Origin: Rhabdothermincola salaria
GTDB lineage: Bacteria > Actinomycetota > Acidimicrobiia > Acidimicrobiales > Acidimicrobilacustridaceae
Length of the DNA: 64,000 nucleotides
Assembly (NCBI RefSeq): GCF_021246445.1
Contig: NZ_JAJQXW010000002.1
Location: 620,001 to 684,000 of the forward strand
Reading direction: 5' to 3'
Shown: one piece after another, positions 26,931-38,616 of the stretch
How positions within the stretch are numbered: position 1 is the stretch's first letter
Layout: each line of letters begins with the position of its first letter
Made by a program: the position numbers and the translations under genes
Notes under the pieces: model-generated
The model's input: the letters and a program-made list of their open reading frames with translations, nothing else
Told to the model about the DNA's origin: nothing
Database searches by the model: none

Positions 26931-28112
26931 TCAGCCGACGGCGCCGCTCTGACGCAGGGCGTCGGGGTCCAACCCGGCCTGGCGCAGCACGGCGTCGGTG
27001 TCGGCGCCCGGGTAGGCGTAGTTGTTCCCCGGGCGGCCGGGGGTGCGCGACAAGCGGGGAGCCGGGACCAGCTCGGTGCCGCCGCCGGGAGCCTCGGTGA
27101 ACGCCCCGCGGGCCACGTTGTGGGGGTGGTCGGGGGCCTCCGCCAGGCGGTAGACGGGGGCGAAGCACACGTCGGTGCCGCCGAGCAGCTCCTCCCACTC
27201 GTCGCGGGTACGGGTGCGCATGACCTGCTGGAAGATGTCGAACAGGGCGTCCCAGTTGGCCGGGTCGTCACGATCCGGCAGCGACGCGGGGTCGAGCTCC
27301 AGGCGGGCCAGCAGCTCGGCGTAGAACTGGGGCTCGATCGGGGCGAGGGTCACGTACTGGCCGTCGCTCGTCTCGTAGACGTTGTAGGAGGGCGACCCGC
27401 CGTCGAAGAAGTTGGTGCCGATGTCCTCGGTGTGCATGCCGCTGCGGGCCATGCCGTAGAAGACCGAGTAGAGGGCCATGACCCCGTCGACCATGGCCGT
27501 GTCGACCACCTGTCCGTGCCCGGAGCGCTGGGCCTCGAACAGGGCGCACACCACCCCGTAGGCCAGGTGCAGGCCGCCGCCGGCGAAGTCGCCGAGCACC
27601 TGCAGCAGCGGGATGGGCGCCCCGTGCTTGGGGCCGATGGAGCCGATGGCTCCCGTGATGGCCTCGTAGTTGAGCGAGTGTCCGGCGCTGTGGGCCAGCG
27701 GGCCGTCCTGACCCCAGCCGGTGAGGCGTCCGTAGACCAGGCGGGGGTTCACGGCGAGGAGGTCGTCGGGGCCGATGCCGAGGCGTTCGCACACGCCGGG
27801 CCGGAAGGACTCGACGAAGGCGTCGGCCGTCGCCGCCAGGGCCTCGATGACGGCGACGCCCTCGGGGTGCTTGAGGTCGACGGCGATGGACCGGCGGCCC
27901 CGGTTGTACTCGGAGTAGGTGAAGGGCACCGGTTCGGGTGGCACCTCGCTGACCCGGTGCACCCGGATGACGTCGGCACCCATGTCGGCCAGCTTCTGGG
28001 TGCCGAACGGCAGCGCCCCCAGCCCGGCCATCTCGATGACGGTCACGCCCTGCAGCGGCCCACCCGGCTCGCGCTCGTCCACGTCGATCCCCTTCGCGTC
28101 GTGGGAGGGCAT
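26931..28112 (-). CDS. CaiB/BaiF class III CoA-transferase (alpha-methylacyl-CoA racemase-like)
   Basis: LADMGADVI, NRGRRS, FRPGV, TGWGQDGP, GHSLNY and LGDFAGG motifs. Confidence 0.9.
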   Translation of the reverse strand: MPSHDAKGIDVDEREPGGPLQGVTVIEMAGLGALPFGTQKLADMGADVIRVHRVSEVPPEPVPFTYSEYNRGRRSIAVDLKHPEGVAVIEALAATADAFVESFRPGVCERLGIGPDDLLAVNPRLVYGRLTGWGQDGPLAHSAGHSLNYEAITGAIGSIGPKHGAPIPLLQVLGDFAGGGLHLAYGVVCALFEAQRSGHGQVVDTAMVDGVMALYSVFYGMARSGMHTEDIGTNFFDGGSPSYNVYETSDGQYVTLAPIEPQFYAELLARLELDPASLPDRDDPANWDALFDIFQQVMRTRTRDEWEELLGGTDVCFAPVYRLAEAPDHPHNVARGAFTEAPGGGTELVPAPRLSRTPGRPGNNYAYPGADTDAVLRQAGLDPDALRQSGAVG

Positions 28113-28255
28113 CGTCGTGTCGCCCCCCGAAGCTCGCCCCGAAGGTAGTTCGCGGTGCTCCGCCGGGGTTCCGAGGCAGGGTGCGGCCCGGAACCGGCAC
28201 GACAGACGGCCGACTGCGGCCGGCTGCGGCCGGGAGAGGGCGGTAGACAGGGTGG

Positions 28256-28972
28256 ATGCGCGTCCCTTCCGGTACCGACGGGATCGTGGTGGAGTTCAGC
28301 CGCCCGAGCGACTTCGCGGTCGAGGACGACTGGGACGCCTGGTCCGGGGAGGTCCACGTCCCGGCCGTGGCGGCGGCGTCGGGGGCGTGGGTGGCCACCC
28401 GCTGGGAGGTGGACGACCGGCCGGAGGGCTTCGCCCCGCCGGTGGGCTTCACCCACGTCACCATCTACGAGCTCTCCGATGTCGAGCGGGGCGCCCCGGC
28501 GCTGCTCGACCGGCTCGACGCCGGGCGCTCCGACGGCACCCACCACCCGGCCCACGTCGTCAGCGCCGTCGACGTCTTCGTCCCCACCGGGAGCCGGTGG
28601 CGGGGCCGGCGCGAGCCGTCGGCGGCCCTCACCGGCCAGGTGGTCGCCTACGTCGGACCCACCGATCCGGCGGTCACCGAACCGTGGAGCCGGTGGCTCG
28701 ACGAGGTGCACGTGGTCGACATGGTCGACTCCGGGGCCTTCGCCGACGCGTCGCGGTGGGTGCGCCGTGAACCCGCCCGGTTCGGTCCCAACTTCTTCAC
28801 CGTCTACGACGTGGAGCTCGACGACGTGGCCGAGGCGGTGGCCCTCTCCGGAGCGGCCATGGGACCGGCGCACCACGCCGGTCGGGTCATGGCCGAGCAC
28901 TCCGGAGGGCTGCGGGCCGCACTGCGGGCCACGGCTCCGCACGGGGGTCGAGGCCACCGGCCGTCACCCTGA
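28256..28972 (+). CDS. Hypothetical protein with two EthD-like repeats
   Basis: Internal duplication W..W..EVHV (WDAWSGEVHVP and WSRWLDEVHVV), each followed by a Y(E/D) strand. Confidence 0.6.
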   Translation: MRVPSGTDGIVVEFSRPSDFAVEDDWDAWSGEVHVPAVAAASGAWVATRWEVDDRPEGFAPPVGFTHVTIYELSDVERGAPALLDRLDAGRSDGTHHPAHVVSAVDVFVPTGSRWRGRREPSAALTGQVVAYVGPTDPAVTEPWSRWLDEVHVVDMVDSGAFADASRWVRREPARFGPNFFTVYDVELDDVAEAVALSGAAMGPAHHAGRVMAEHSGGLRAALRATAPHGGRGHRPSP

Positions 28973-29024
28973 CGGCGCCGGGTGACCCGGTGACCCGGTG
29001 CCCGGTCCTCGTCGCCGAGGCGGG

Positions 29025-30443
29025 TCAGCGGGCCAGGAGCTCCTTCACCTCGGCCTCCACCACGGTGCCGTCGAAGAACCCCGGGTCGGTCGAGGTGAAC
29101 AGGCGGGCCACGTTGCCGAACATGAAGTCGGCGAACTGCGAGCGGGTCACGAGACCGTGCTCGACCAGCTCCCAGGCCTCGGGCAGCACCTCCGTGAAGT
29201 CGGGGACGTCCCAGTGCCCGATGTCGGAGGCGAACATGGCCTGCAGCTGGCTCCCGCCGGGGTTGATGCGACCGTCGAAGGCCAGGGCGTTCATGGGGTC
29301 GTCGGCCTCGCAGCCGAAGAAGCACTGCCGGGTGAACACCGACACGATGTCGTCGACCGACCGGATGCCGCTGCGGGCCCACTCGTCGAGCGTGGCCGGG
29401 TCCTCGTCGGGGTCGGAGAGGAAGCCGAGGGTCTCGTCGAGGCGATCCCGTCGCTCTTGGAAGGCGGGGTCGGCGTGGGCGTCGAACAACGAGCGCAGCT
29501 CGTCCCGGTCGAGGTGGGCCGGGTCGTAGTGGGCCAGGGCCTCACGGTTCCGCTTCTCGAAGTGGCTGACCGCGTCGGCGAGCAGGTTGCACGCCCAGGC
29601 CGCACCCCCTTCGAGGAAGGCGAAGGAGAGCTCGGGGAAGCGGGTCATGGCGCCGCCGAAGAACAGCGAGCGGCACACGGCCTCGCTGCCGGCGGCAAAG
29701 TTCCCGATGTGGTTGGCCACGTAGTTGGTGGGCGAGACCCGGCTGCCGAAGCCGATGCCGGTGGAGTGGAAGGTGGGCGACACCCCCAGCTCGACGCAGC
29801 GGGCCCACAGCGGGTCGTAGTCGTGGACGCTGTCGAGGCCCAGGCCGTCGACCCACCGGGCGGCCCGATCCGACGGGTCGTGGCCCGGGGTGGGGCGCAG
29901 GACCAACCCCCCGAACAGGAAGCCCTTCAGCCCCAACGTGGTGGTGGCGTGCTCGAGCTCGGCGATGGCCTCGTCGGGGTCGTAGGTGGGGATCACGCCC
30001 ACCGGACGGAGCCGGTCGGAGTAGGGGCCGTAGGCCTCGGCGTAGTAGCGGTTGCAGGCCCGGGCGACGGCGCGGCGCAGCTCGTCGTCGTCGACGGCCA
30101 TGACCGTGAGGCCCACGGTCGGGTAGAGCACGGCGACGTCGATGCCCAGCTCGTCGAGGCGGTCGTACAGCAGGCCGGGCACGATCGCCGTGGCCCGGTC
30201 CCTGGTGTTGCGGGCCGGCACGCCCCACCACCCGGTGCGGGCGACGGCGTGGGCCCGGCGGGTCTCGAGGTCGAGCCCCCGGCGCATGGCCGCCGAGCCG
30301 ACCAGGGCGTCGAAGCGATCAGCCACCGCCCCGCCGGCCTCGTCGGCCACCAGGTCGCGCAACAGCGGGATGAACTCGATGATGTGGCCGTCGGCGTCGA
30401 TCACCGGATGGTCGAGCTCGGCTCGGATCTGCGCGGCGTCCAT
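29025..30443 (-). CDS. Amidohydrolase-superfamily protein
   Basis: IDADGH, LYPT, PTFH, FLEGG..W and FASDIGHWD motifs. Confidence 0.88.
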   Translation of the reverse strand: MDAAQIRAELDHPVIDADGHIIEFIPLLRDLVADEAGGAVADRFDALVGSAAMRRGLDLETRRAHAVARTGWWGVPARNTRDRATAIVPGLLYDRLDELGIDVAVLYPTVGLTVMAVDDDELRRAVARACNRYYAEAYGPYSDRLRPVGVIPTYDPDEAIAELEHATTTLGLKGFLFGGLVLRPTPGHDPSDRAARWVDGLGLDSVHDYDPLWARCVELGVSPTFHSTGIGFGSRVSPTNYVANHIGNFAAGSEAVCRSLFFGGAMTRFPELSFAFLEGGAAWACNLLADAVSHFEKRNREALAHYDPAHLDRDELRSLFDAHADPAFQERRDRLDETLGFLSDPDEDPATLDEWARSGIRSVDDIVSVFTRQCFFGCEADDPMNALAFDGRINPGGSQLQAMFASDIGHWDVPDFTEVLPEAWELVEHGLVTRSQFADFMFGNVARLFTSTDPGFFDGTVVEAEVKELLAR

Positions 30444-30563
30444 GGACCGTCCCCCTGTCGTTCCGTCCCGACCGGCAACCTACTGCGGCGCGGCCCGCCG
30501 TCCTCGGGTCTGTCACGGGGTGCGCGGCCGGCGACGTGGTGCGCACCGGTAGGGTTCGCCGCC

Positions 30564-31208
30564 ATGGAAGGTCCTGGTCTGGTCGAGTCGGTGAAGCCGC
30601 GGAGCTCGTTGCAGTGGGTGGTCGCGGTGGTGGCGTTGGCGTTCCTGGCCGGCGCCGTCGGCTACGCCGTGCGGGCCTTCGCCGAACCCAGCCCCAACGA
30701 GCTGTCGGCCACCGATGAGGGCTTCCTGCTCGACATGATCGACCACCACGACCAGGCGGTGGAGATGTCGCTGTTCGTCCTCGGCGAGGCCGAGGACTCC
30801 ACGGTGCGCTCCTTCGCCCAGGAGATCATCCTGCAGCAGCGCTGGGAGCTCGGGCTCATGGAGACCGTGCTCGGTCGCGGGGGCGTCGAACGGGGCACCG
30901 ATCCCGATCGTCCCGCCATGGAGTGGATGGGGATGGCCCCCATGCCGGCGTCGGCGATGCCCGGCATGGCCACCGCCGAGGAGCTCGAGGCGTTGGGCGC
31001 GGCCCCGGCGGGCGAAGCCGAAGAGCTCTTCCTCGAGCTGATGATCGACCACCACGTGGCCGGGGCGGAGATGGGTGAGTACGAGGCCGCCAACGGCTCC
31101 AACGCCTACGTGAAGCAGTTCGCCAGCGACATCGCCCGCAACCAGCTGGCCGAGATCGTCGAGTACGAGCTGGTCCTCGACCGCCTGCGCAGCGGCGACG
31201 CCGGCTGA
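30564..31208 (+). CDS. DUF305 ferritin-like membrane-anchored protein
   Basis: Two FL..MIDHH repeats, MPGMA, N-terminal TM helix. Confidence 0.85.
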   Translation: MEGPGLVESVKPRSSLQWVVAVVALAFLAGAVGYAVRAFAEPSPNELSATDEGFLLDMIDHHDQAVEMSLFVLGEAEDSTVRSFAQEIILQQRWELGLMETVLGRGGVERGTDPDRPAMEWMGMAPMPASAMPGMATAEELEALGAAPAGEAEELFLELMIDHHVAGAEMGEYEAANGSNAYVKQFASDIARNQLAEIVEYELVLDRLRSGDAG

Positions 31209-31301
31209 CGCAGGCGCGGACCGGTCCCCTTCGTTAGGGTCCCCGGTCAGGGGAGACCGACGGGGCCTGCGCCGACGTCGGCGACGCACAGGGGGAACAC
31301 C

Positions 31302-32522
31302 ATGGCTCACGCCGTCCGCGACGACATCGATCTGCTCGACGGCAACTGGTACGCCCGCCAGCCCCACGACCTGTGGGCCTGGATGCGCGAGAACGCGCCC
31401 GTGTACCACGACGAGGCCAACGACGTGTGGGGCATCACCCGCTACGACGACGTGCTGGCCATCGAGAAGGACCCGGCCACCTACTCGTCGCAGCGGGCGC
31501 CGCGCCCACACGGCGATCCGTTGCCCATGATGATCTCGATGGACAACCCCGAGCACCAGCGGCGGCGCTCGTTGGTCAACCGGGGGTTCACCCCGAAGCG
31601 GGTGTCCGAACGCGAGGAGCACATCCGATCGCTGTGCACCAGCATCCTCGACAAGGTCACCGAGAAGGGCGAGTGCGACTTCGTGTGGGATGTCGCCGCG
31701 CCCCTGCCCCTGCTGCTCATCGCCGACATGCTGGGCTTCGAACCCGAAGCCCACGACGACCTGCTGCGCTGGTCCGACGACCTGATCAAGGGCACCACCG
31801 CCGACCCGACCCCCGAGGTGCAGGCCGCCACCCTCGAGGCCAGCCTCGGGTTCCGTGAGTACCAGCTCGGCGTCATCGCCGACCGGCGGGCCAAGGCTCC
31901 CCAACCCGACCTCGTCAGCGTGCTCTGCCACGCCGAGATCGACGGCCACAAGCTCGACGACGAGTCGCTCGTGCAGGAGACCCTGCTCATCCTCATCGGC
32001 GGCGACGAGACCACCCGCCATGTGCTCACCGGGGGCGCCCTGGCCCTCATGGAGTGGCCCGACCAGCGCCAGCACCTCATCGACCACCTCGACGAGCCCG
32101 AATCCATGGAGACGGCCGTGGAGGAGCTGCTGCGCTGGGTGACGCCCATCAAGAACATGTCGCGCACCGTCACCCGCGACCTCGAGTTGCGGGGCGAGCA
32201 GCTCCACGAGGGCGATCAGGTCATGCTCATGTACCCGGCCGCCAACCGCGATCCCCGGGTGTTCGACGAGCCCGACCGCTTCGACGTGCAGCGCAACCCG
32301 AACCCGCACCTGGCCTTCGGCTTCGGTCCGCACTTCTGCCTCGGCTCGTCGCTCGCCCGTCTCGAGCTGCGGGTCATGTTCTCCGAGGTGCTGCGGCGCA
32401 TGCCCGACCTCGAGCTGGCCACCGACGAGCCGCTGGAGTGGCGGGCCTCCAACTTCATCACCGGCCCCGAGGCCATGCCGGTGCGCTTCACGCCCACCCC
32501 GGCGCTCGGGGGTCGCGGCTGA
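31302..32522 (+). CDS. Cytochrome P450 (CYP142/CYP125-like)
   Basis: GGDETT I-helix, EELLR and FGFGPHFCLG heme motif. Confidence 0.93.
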   Translation: MAHAVRDDIDLLDGNWYARQPHDLWAWMRENAPVYHDEANDVWGITRYDDVLAIEKDPATYSSQRAPRPHGDPLPMMISMDNPEHQRRRSLVNRGFTPKRVSEREEHIRSLCTSILDKVTEKGECDFVWDVAAPLPLLLIADMLGFEPEAHDDLLRWSDDLIKGTTADPTPEVQAATLEASLGFREYQLGVIADRRAKAPQPDLVSVLCHAEIDGHKLDDESLVQETLLILIGGDETTRHVLTGGALALMEWPDQRQHLIDHLDEPESMETAVEELLRWVTPIKNMSRTVTRDLELRGEQLHEGDQVMLMYPAANRDPRVFDEPDRFDVQRNPNPHLAFGFGPHFCLGSSLARLELRVMFSEVLRRMPDLELATDEPLEWRASNFITGPEAMPVRFTPTPALGGRG

Positions 32523-32567
32523 CCCCGGAGGTCCTCGGCCTCTCGCCGGGGTGGGAACGGGAGTGCG

Positions 32568-33944
<1,377 letters not shown>

Positions 33945-34003
33945 TCAAGGGTGGTGCAGGCCGGAAGATGAACGCAATCTGACGAGCTGCCCGCGGTCGG
34001 GGA

Positions 34004-36736
34004 TCAGGCGACGCCGTCGGGGAGGCCGTAGAAGACGCGCTCGACCACCTTGCGGGACCGTCTCGTGACCCGACGGTAGTGGTCCCGCAGCCCACCCGGT
34101 GTGGTATCGAGCGATCGGGCCAGCCACACCAGCTCCTCGGCCCGGCTGGGCAGGGCGTCCCCCGGACCGGAGTTCACGAGGAACCACCGGTTGCGCACCC
34201 GCTCGCAGAACTCGTAGGCCTCGCCCAGCACCTCGGCGTCGTCGGGGAGAAGCACGTCGGCGTCGCGGAGCGCCCGCAACGCGTCGAGCGTGCCCGTGGC
34301 CTTCACGCCGTACTGGAGCTGGAGCATCTGGGCGGTGAACTCCACGTCCGACAACGACCCGGGGCCGAGCTTGAGGTGGAACTCGGGGTCCTCGCCGGAG
34401 GGGATGCGCTCGGCTTCGATGCGCGCCTTCATGCGGCGGATGTCGCGCATCTGGTCGGCGGTGAGCCCTCCTCGCCAGATGAACGGATCGAGCAGGTCGA
34501 GCAGGCGCTCGCCGAGGTCGCGGTCGCCGGCAGCGAAGCGGGCGCGGGTCATGGCCTGGCGTTCCCAGGTCTGGGCGGTGTCCCGCCAGTAGGGCTCGAA
34601 CGCGCCGAAGCTGCGGGCGAGGGGCCCGTTCTTGCCCTCCGGGCGCAGGGCGGCGTCGACCTCGTAGATGCGGCCCGCCGGCGTCGAACCGCCCACGAAG
34701 CGCACCAGGCCGGTGGCGAGGCGCTTGGCCTCGTCGGTGCCGGCGGCGCCTCGTCCGTCGTGCACGAAGATCACATCGAGGTCGCTGGCGTAGGCCAACT
34801 CGGCGCCGCCGAAGCGCCCGAGGCCGAGCACCGCGAACGGGACCTGGGGATCGAGGGCGGTGAGGGCGCTCTCGAGGGTTGCCGCGGCGAGGTCGGTGAG
34901 GTCGGCGCCCACCTGGTGCACGTCGGCGTGGCCGAGCACGTCGCGGGCGGCGACCCCGAAGAGGTGGCGGCGGTTCCACCGCTGGAGGGTCTCCTGGCGT
35001 TCACTGACGTCGCCTCGCCACTGCACGGCCCGGTCGGCGCTGTGCACCAGCTCGTCGTGGGGCTTGGTCTCGAGCCGGTCGGGTTGGTCGAGGCGGGCCA
35101 CCAGGTCGGGGTTGCGCACCAACACGTCGCCCAGCATCCGGCTGGTGCCGGCCAGGGTGCACAGGGCCTGGGCCGTGGCCGGGGAGTCGCGGAACGTCTC
35201 GGCCATGGTGCGGTTGTTGCGGTCGTGGCCGAGCAGGTTGCGGACCAACAACAGCCCGAGGTCCGGGTCCGGGGACTGCGACAACCAGTCGAGCAACAGC
35301 GGGAGCAGCTGCTGCATCAGACGGCTGGACCGGTTCATCCCGCGGGTGAGCTCCTTGACCGCGGCCTGGGTGCGCTTGGCGTCGAGGAAGCCGAAGGCGC
35401 TGAGCCGGGCGGCGGCCGCTTCGGGGGAGAGGGCGGCGTCCTCGGGAGAGGCCTGGGCGAAGGCTTCGAGCAGCGGGCGGAAGTACACGCGCTCGTGGAT
35501 GGCGCGCACTCCGACGCGCGCCTTGCGCAGATCGCGAAGCAGCTGGTCGGCGGCGGAGCCGTCGGTGGTGTCGCGTCGACCCATGACCCGCGCCAGGTGG
35601 TCGAGCGCCGCCCGGTCGGAGGGCAGGGCGTGCACCTGCTGCTCGTCGACGAGCTGGACCCGGTGCTCGGTGGTGCGCAGCAGGCGGTAGGCGGTGGCCA
35701 TGTCGTCGGCATCGCCGCTGTCGACGTAGCCGGCCGACGCCATCTCGGCGAGGGTGGACAACGTCGTCGGGCCCCGGAGCTGGGGGTCGAGGTGCCCGTG
35801 GACCAGTTGGAGCAGCTGGATGGTGAACTCGATGTCGCGGATGCCGCCGGGCCCCAGCTTCAGCTCTCGTGCCGCCAGCCCCTTCTTGGCCACCTCCGAT
35901 TCGGCCCGCTGCTTCATGGCTCGCAGCGAGCGGAGGGTGTCGGCATCCGACGGGCGGTTCCAGAGCCGCTCCTGGGCGGCTTCGAGCCAGCGTTCGCCGA
36001 GGGTGGCGTCGCCGGCCGCCGGACGGGCCTTGAGCAGGGCCTGGAACTCCCAGGGCTCGGCCCAACGCTCCCAGTAGGCCTCGTAGGACTCGACCGAGCG
36101 CACCAGGGGGCCGTCGCGACCCTCGGGGCGCAGGTTGGCGTCCACCCGGAAGCAGTGCCCGGCGATCTCCATCACCGCTCGGGCCCGGCGTTCGAGGCGG
36201 GTCCGGGTGCCCTCGCCGACGAACATGACATCGATGTCGCTCGAGTAGTTGAGCTCCGAGCCGCCCAGCTTGCCCATGCCGACCACCGCGAGCGTGACGC
36301 CGTCGGGTCCGTCGCGATCGGCGTCCTCGGCCAGGCGGCAGGCCGATTCCAGGGCTTGGCGGCCGAGGTCGGCCAGCTGGGCTCCGACCTGTTCGAGCCG
36401 ATCGAGCCCGGTGAGGTCGCGGGCGGCGATGCGCAGGAACTCGAGGTTGCGCCAGTCGACCAGGGCCTCGAGGCTGCCGTCGTCCACCGGCGGGCGCCGG
36501 TCGAGGTCGGCGAGCACGTCGAGCGCGACCTGGGGGCGGACCTCGATGACCCGGGTGAGCGAACGGCTGGCGGCCAGCACGGCCACGAGCGCCGCGGCGG
36601 TGCCTTCGTGGTCGGCCGCGGCGGCCACCACGTCGGGGGCATCGTCGGCGAGACGTTCGAGGGTGACCCGGACGGTGGCCGGCGAGGCGCTGCGCTCGGC
36701 CCGCTCGACGAGGTCTGATGGCACGGCCTCGGTCAC
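34004..36736 (-). CDS. glnE: Bifunctional GS adenylyltransferase/adenylyl-removing enzyme
   Basis: Two nucleotidyltransferase domains (MGKLGG.ELNYSSDID and LGRFGG.EL.YASDLD). GTG 36736. Confidence 0.95.
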   Translation of the reverse strand: MTEAVPSDLVERAERSASPATVRVTLERLADDAPDVVAAAADHEGTAAALVAVLAASRSLTRVIEVRPQVALDVLADLDRRPPVDDGSLEALVDWRNLEFLRIAARDLTGLDRLEQVGAQLADLGRQALESACRLAEDADRDGPDGVTLAVVGMGKLGGSELNYSSDIDVMFVGEGTRTRLERRARAVMEIAGHCFRVDANLRPEGRDGPLVRSVESYEAYWERWAEPWEFQALLKARPAAGDATLGERWLEAAQERLWNRPSDADTLRSLRAMKQRAESEVAKKGLAARELKLGPGGIRDIEFTIQLLQLVHGHLDPQLRGPTTLSTLAEMASAGYVDSGDADDMATAYRLLRTTEHRVQLVDEQQVHALPSDRAALDHLARVMGRRDTTDGSAADQLLRDLRKARVGVRAIHERVYFRPLLEAFAQASPEDAALSPEAAAARLSAFGFLDAKRTQAAVKELTRGMNRSSRLMQQLLPLLLDWLSQSPDPDLGLLLVRNLLGHDRNNRTMAETFRDSPATAQALCTLAGTSRMLGDVLVRNPDLVARLDQPDRLETKPHDELVHSADRAVQWRGDVSERQETLQRWNRRHLFGVAARDVLGHADVHQVGADLTDLAAATLESALTALDPQVPFAVLGLGRFGGAELAYASDLDVIFVHDGRGAAGTDEAKRLATGLVRFVGGSTPAGRIYEVDAALRPEGKNGPLARSFGAFEPYWRDTAQTWERQAMTRARFAAGDRDLGERLLDLLDPFIWRGGLTADQMRDIRRMKARIEAERIPSGEDPEFHLKLGPGSLSDVEFTAQMLQLQYGVKATGTLDALRALRDADVLLPDDAEVLGEAYEFCERVRNRWFLVNSGPGDALPSRAEELVWLARSLDTTPGGLRDHYRRVTRRSRKVVERVFYGLPDGVA

Positions 36737-36803
36737 GAACCGAGACCCTACGCGGCCGGGCGGAGGGCATGGGTCGGGATCGACGGGGCCGTAAGGTCGG
36801 ACC

Positions 36804-38534
36804 ATGTCCGAGCTGCGAGTCGCCCTGGCCCAGATGAACCCCGTGGTCGGTGACCTGGCGGGCAACGTCGAGCGCATCGTCGCCGCCATGGGCGAGGCGG
36901 AGTCGGCCGGGTGCGACCTGGTCGCCCTGCCCGAGCTGGCCGTCACCGGCTACCCGCCCGAGGACCTGCTGCTGCGACAGGGCTTCGTGCGCGACAACCT
37001 CGAGGCCGTGGCCCGCGTGGCCGAGCGGTCGGGATCCTGCGTGGCGGTGGTCGGCTTCGTCGACGTCGACGACATCGACGCCTGGTCGTCGGAGGGCCAC
37101 GACATCGAAGCCCGCCCCGCCGGCCTCTACAACGCGGTGGCCGTCTGCGCCGAGGGTCGGGTGCTCGGCACCTACCGCAAGCGGCGGCTGCCCAACTACT
37201 CCGTGTTCGACGAGCAGCGCTACTTCGTGCCGGGTCGCGAACCCCTGCGGCTGTTCCGGGTGGCGGGGGTGGACGTGGGCGTCTCCATCTGCGAGGACGC
37301 CTGGGTGGCCGACGGTCCGGTCGCCGAGCTGGCCCGCGGTGGCGCCGGCATCGTCGTCAACGTGAACGCCTCGCCCTACCACGCCGGCAAGCGTGACGGC
37401 CGGGCCCGCACCCTCGCGGCCCGCACCCTCGAGTCCGGTGTGCCCCTCGTCTACGTCAACCAGGTCGGGGGACAGGACGAGCTGGTCTTCGACGGCGACT
37501 CCATGGTCGTCGACGCCGGCGGGACGGTGTCGGCCCGCATGCCGCAGTTCCGCGAGGGCCTCGCCGTGGTCGACGTCGCAGTGGCCGCCCGCCGGTCCAC
37601 CGAGCCGCTGGCGGTGGTCGAGGGCCCGTCGGCCCGCCCCGGCGAGCGGCCGTCGTCCGCGCCCCCGGGCGTGGCCCCACCCCTCGGCGAGGAGGCCGAG
37701 GTCTGGGAGGCGCTGGTGCTCGGCACCCGTGACTTCGTGCGCAAGAACGGCTTCACCGACGTGGTGGTCGGGTTGTCGGGCGGCGTCGACTCGGCGCTGG
37801 TGGCCACCATCGCCGTCGACGCCCTGGGCCCGGACCACGTGCACGGCGTCCTCATGCCCTCGCGCTACTCGAGCGAGCACTCGGTCGACGACGCCCGCCA
37901 GCTGGCCGAGAACCTGGGCATCGAGCACCGCACCGTGCCCATCGAGGCGGCCCACACCGCCCTCATGGGGATGCTCGAGCCGGCCTTCACCGGGCACCCG
38001 CTGGGCCTCACCGAGGAGAACCTGCAGAGCCGGGTGCGCGCCGTGGTGCTGATGGCGTTGTCCAACGCCTTCGGATGGCTGTTGCTGAACACCGGCAACA
38101 AGAGCGAGGCGGCGGTGGGTTACTCCACGCTCTACGGCGACTCCGCCGGAGGCTTCGCCGTCATCAAGGACGTCAGCAAGCTGCTCGTGTACCGGCTCTG
38201 CGAGCACCGCAACGAGGTCGCCGGCACCGACCGCATCCCCCGCCACACCCTGGTGAAGCCACCATCGGCCGAGCTGCGGCCCGACCAACGTGACGACCAG
38301 AGCCTGCCGCCCTACGAGGTGCTCGACCCGATCCTCGCCGACTACGTCGAGCGCGACCGGAGCCTGGCCGACATCGTGGCCGACGGGGCCGACCCGGCGT
38401 TGGCCGAGCGGGTGGCCCGCCTGGTCGACCGGGCCGAGTTCAAGCGCCGCCAGTCGCCGCCGGGGCCCCGGGTCACCACCAAGGGCTTCGGCAAGGACCG
38501 GCGCCTGCCCATCACCAACCGCTACGAGGCCTGA
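36804..38534 (+). CDS. nadE: Glutamine-dependent NAD+ synthetase
   Basis: Nitrilase domain (PEL..TGYPPEDL, ICED) plus GLSGGVDS, TGNKSE and PPSAEL. Confidence 0.97.
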   Translation: MSELRVALAQMNPVVGDLAGNVERIVAAMGEAESAGCDLVALPELAVTGYPPEDLLLRQGFVRDNLEAVARVAERSGSCVAVVGFVDVDDIDAWSSEGHDIEARPAGLYNAVAVCAEGRVLGTYRKRRLPNYSVFDEQRYFVPGREPLRLFRVAGVDVGVSICEDAWVADGPVAELARGGAGIVVNVNASPYHAGKRDGRARTLAARTLESGVPLVYVNQVGGQDELVFDGDSMVVDAGGTVSARMPQFREGLAVVDVAVAARRSTEPLAVVEGPSARPGERPSSAPPGVAPPLGEEAEVWEALVLGTRDFVRKNGFTDVVVGLSGGVDSALVATIAVDALGPDHVHGVLMPSRYSSEHSVDDARQLAENLGIEHRTVPIEAAHTALMGMLEPAFTGHPLGLTEENLQSRVRAVVLMALSNAFGWLLLNTGNKSEAAVGYSTLYGDSAGGFAVIKDVSKLLVYRLCEHRNEVAGTDRIPRHTLVKPPSAELRPDQRDDQSLPPYEVLDPILADYVERDRSLADIVADGADPALAERVARLVDRAEFKRRQSPPGPRVTTKGFGKDRRLPITNRYEA

Positions 38535-38616
38535 GGGCCGCGGCGCCCGCCGGAGGCGGCCGGGGCGCGACGTGACGGGCCGGGCCGCCGCCCGGTGGAT
38601 CACTAGTCTGCGAAAC

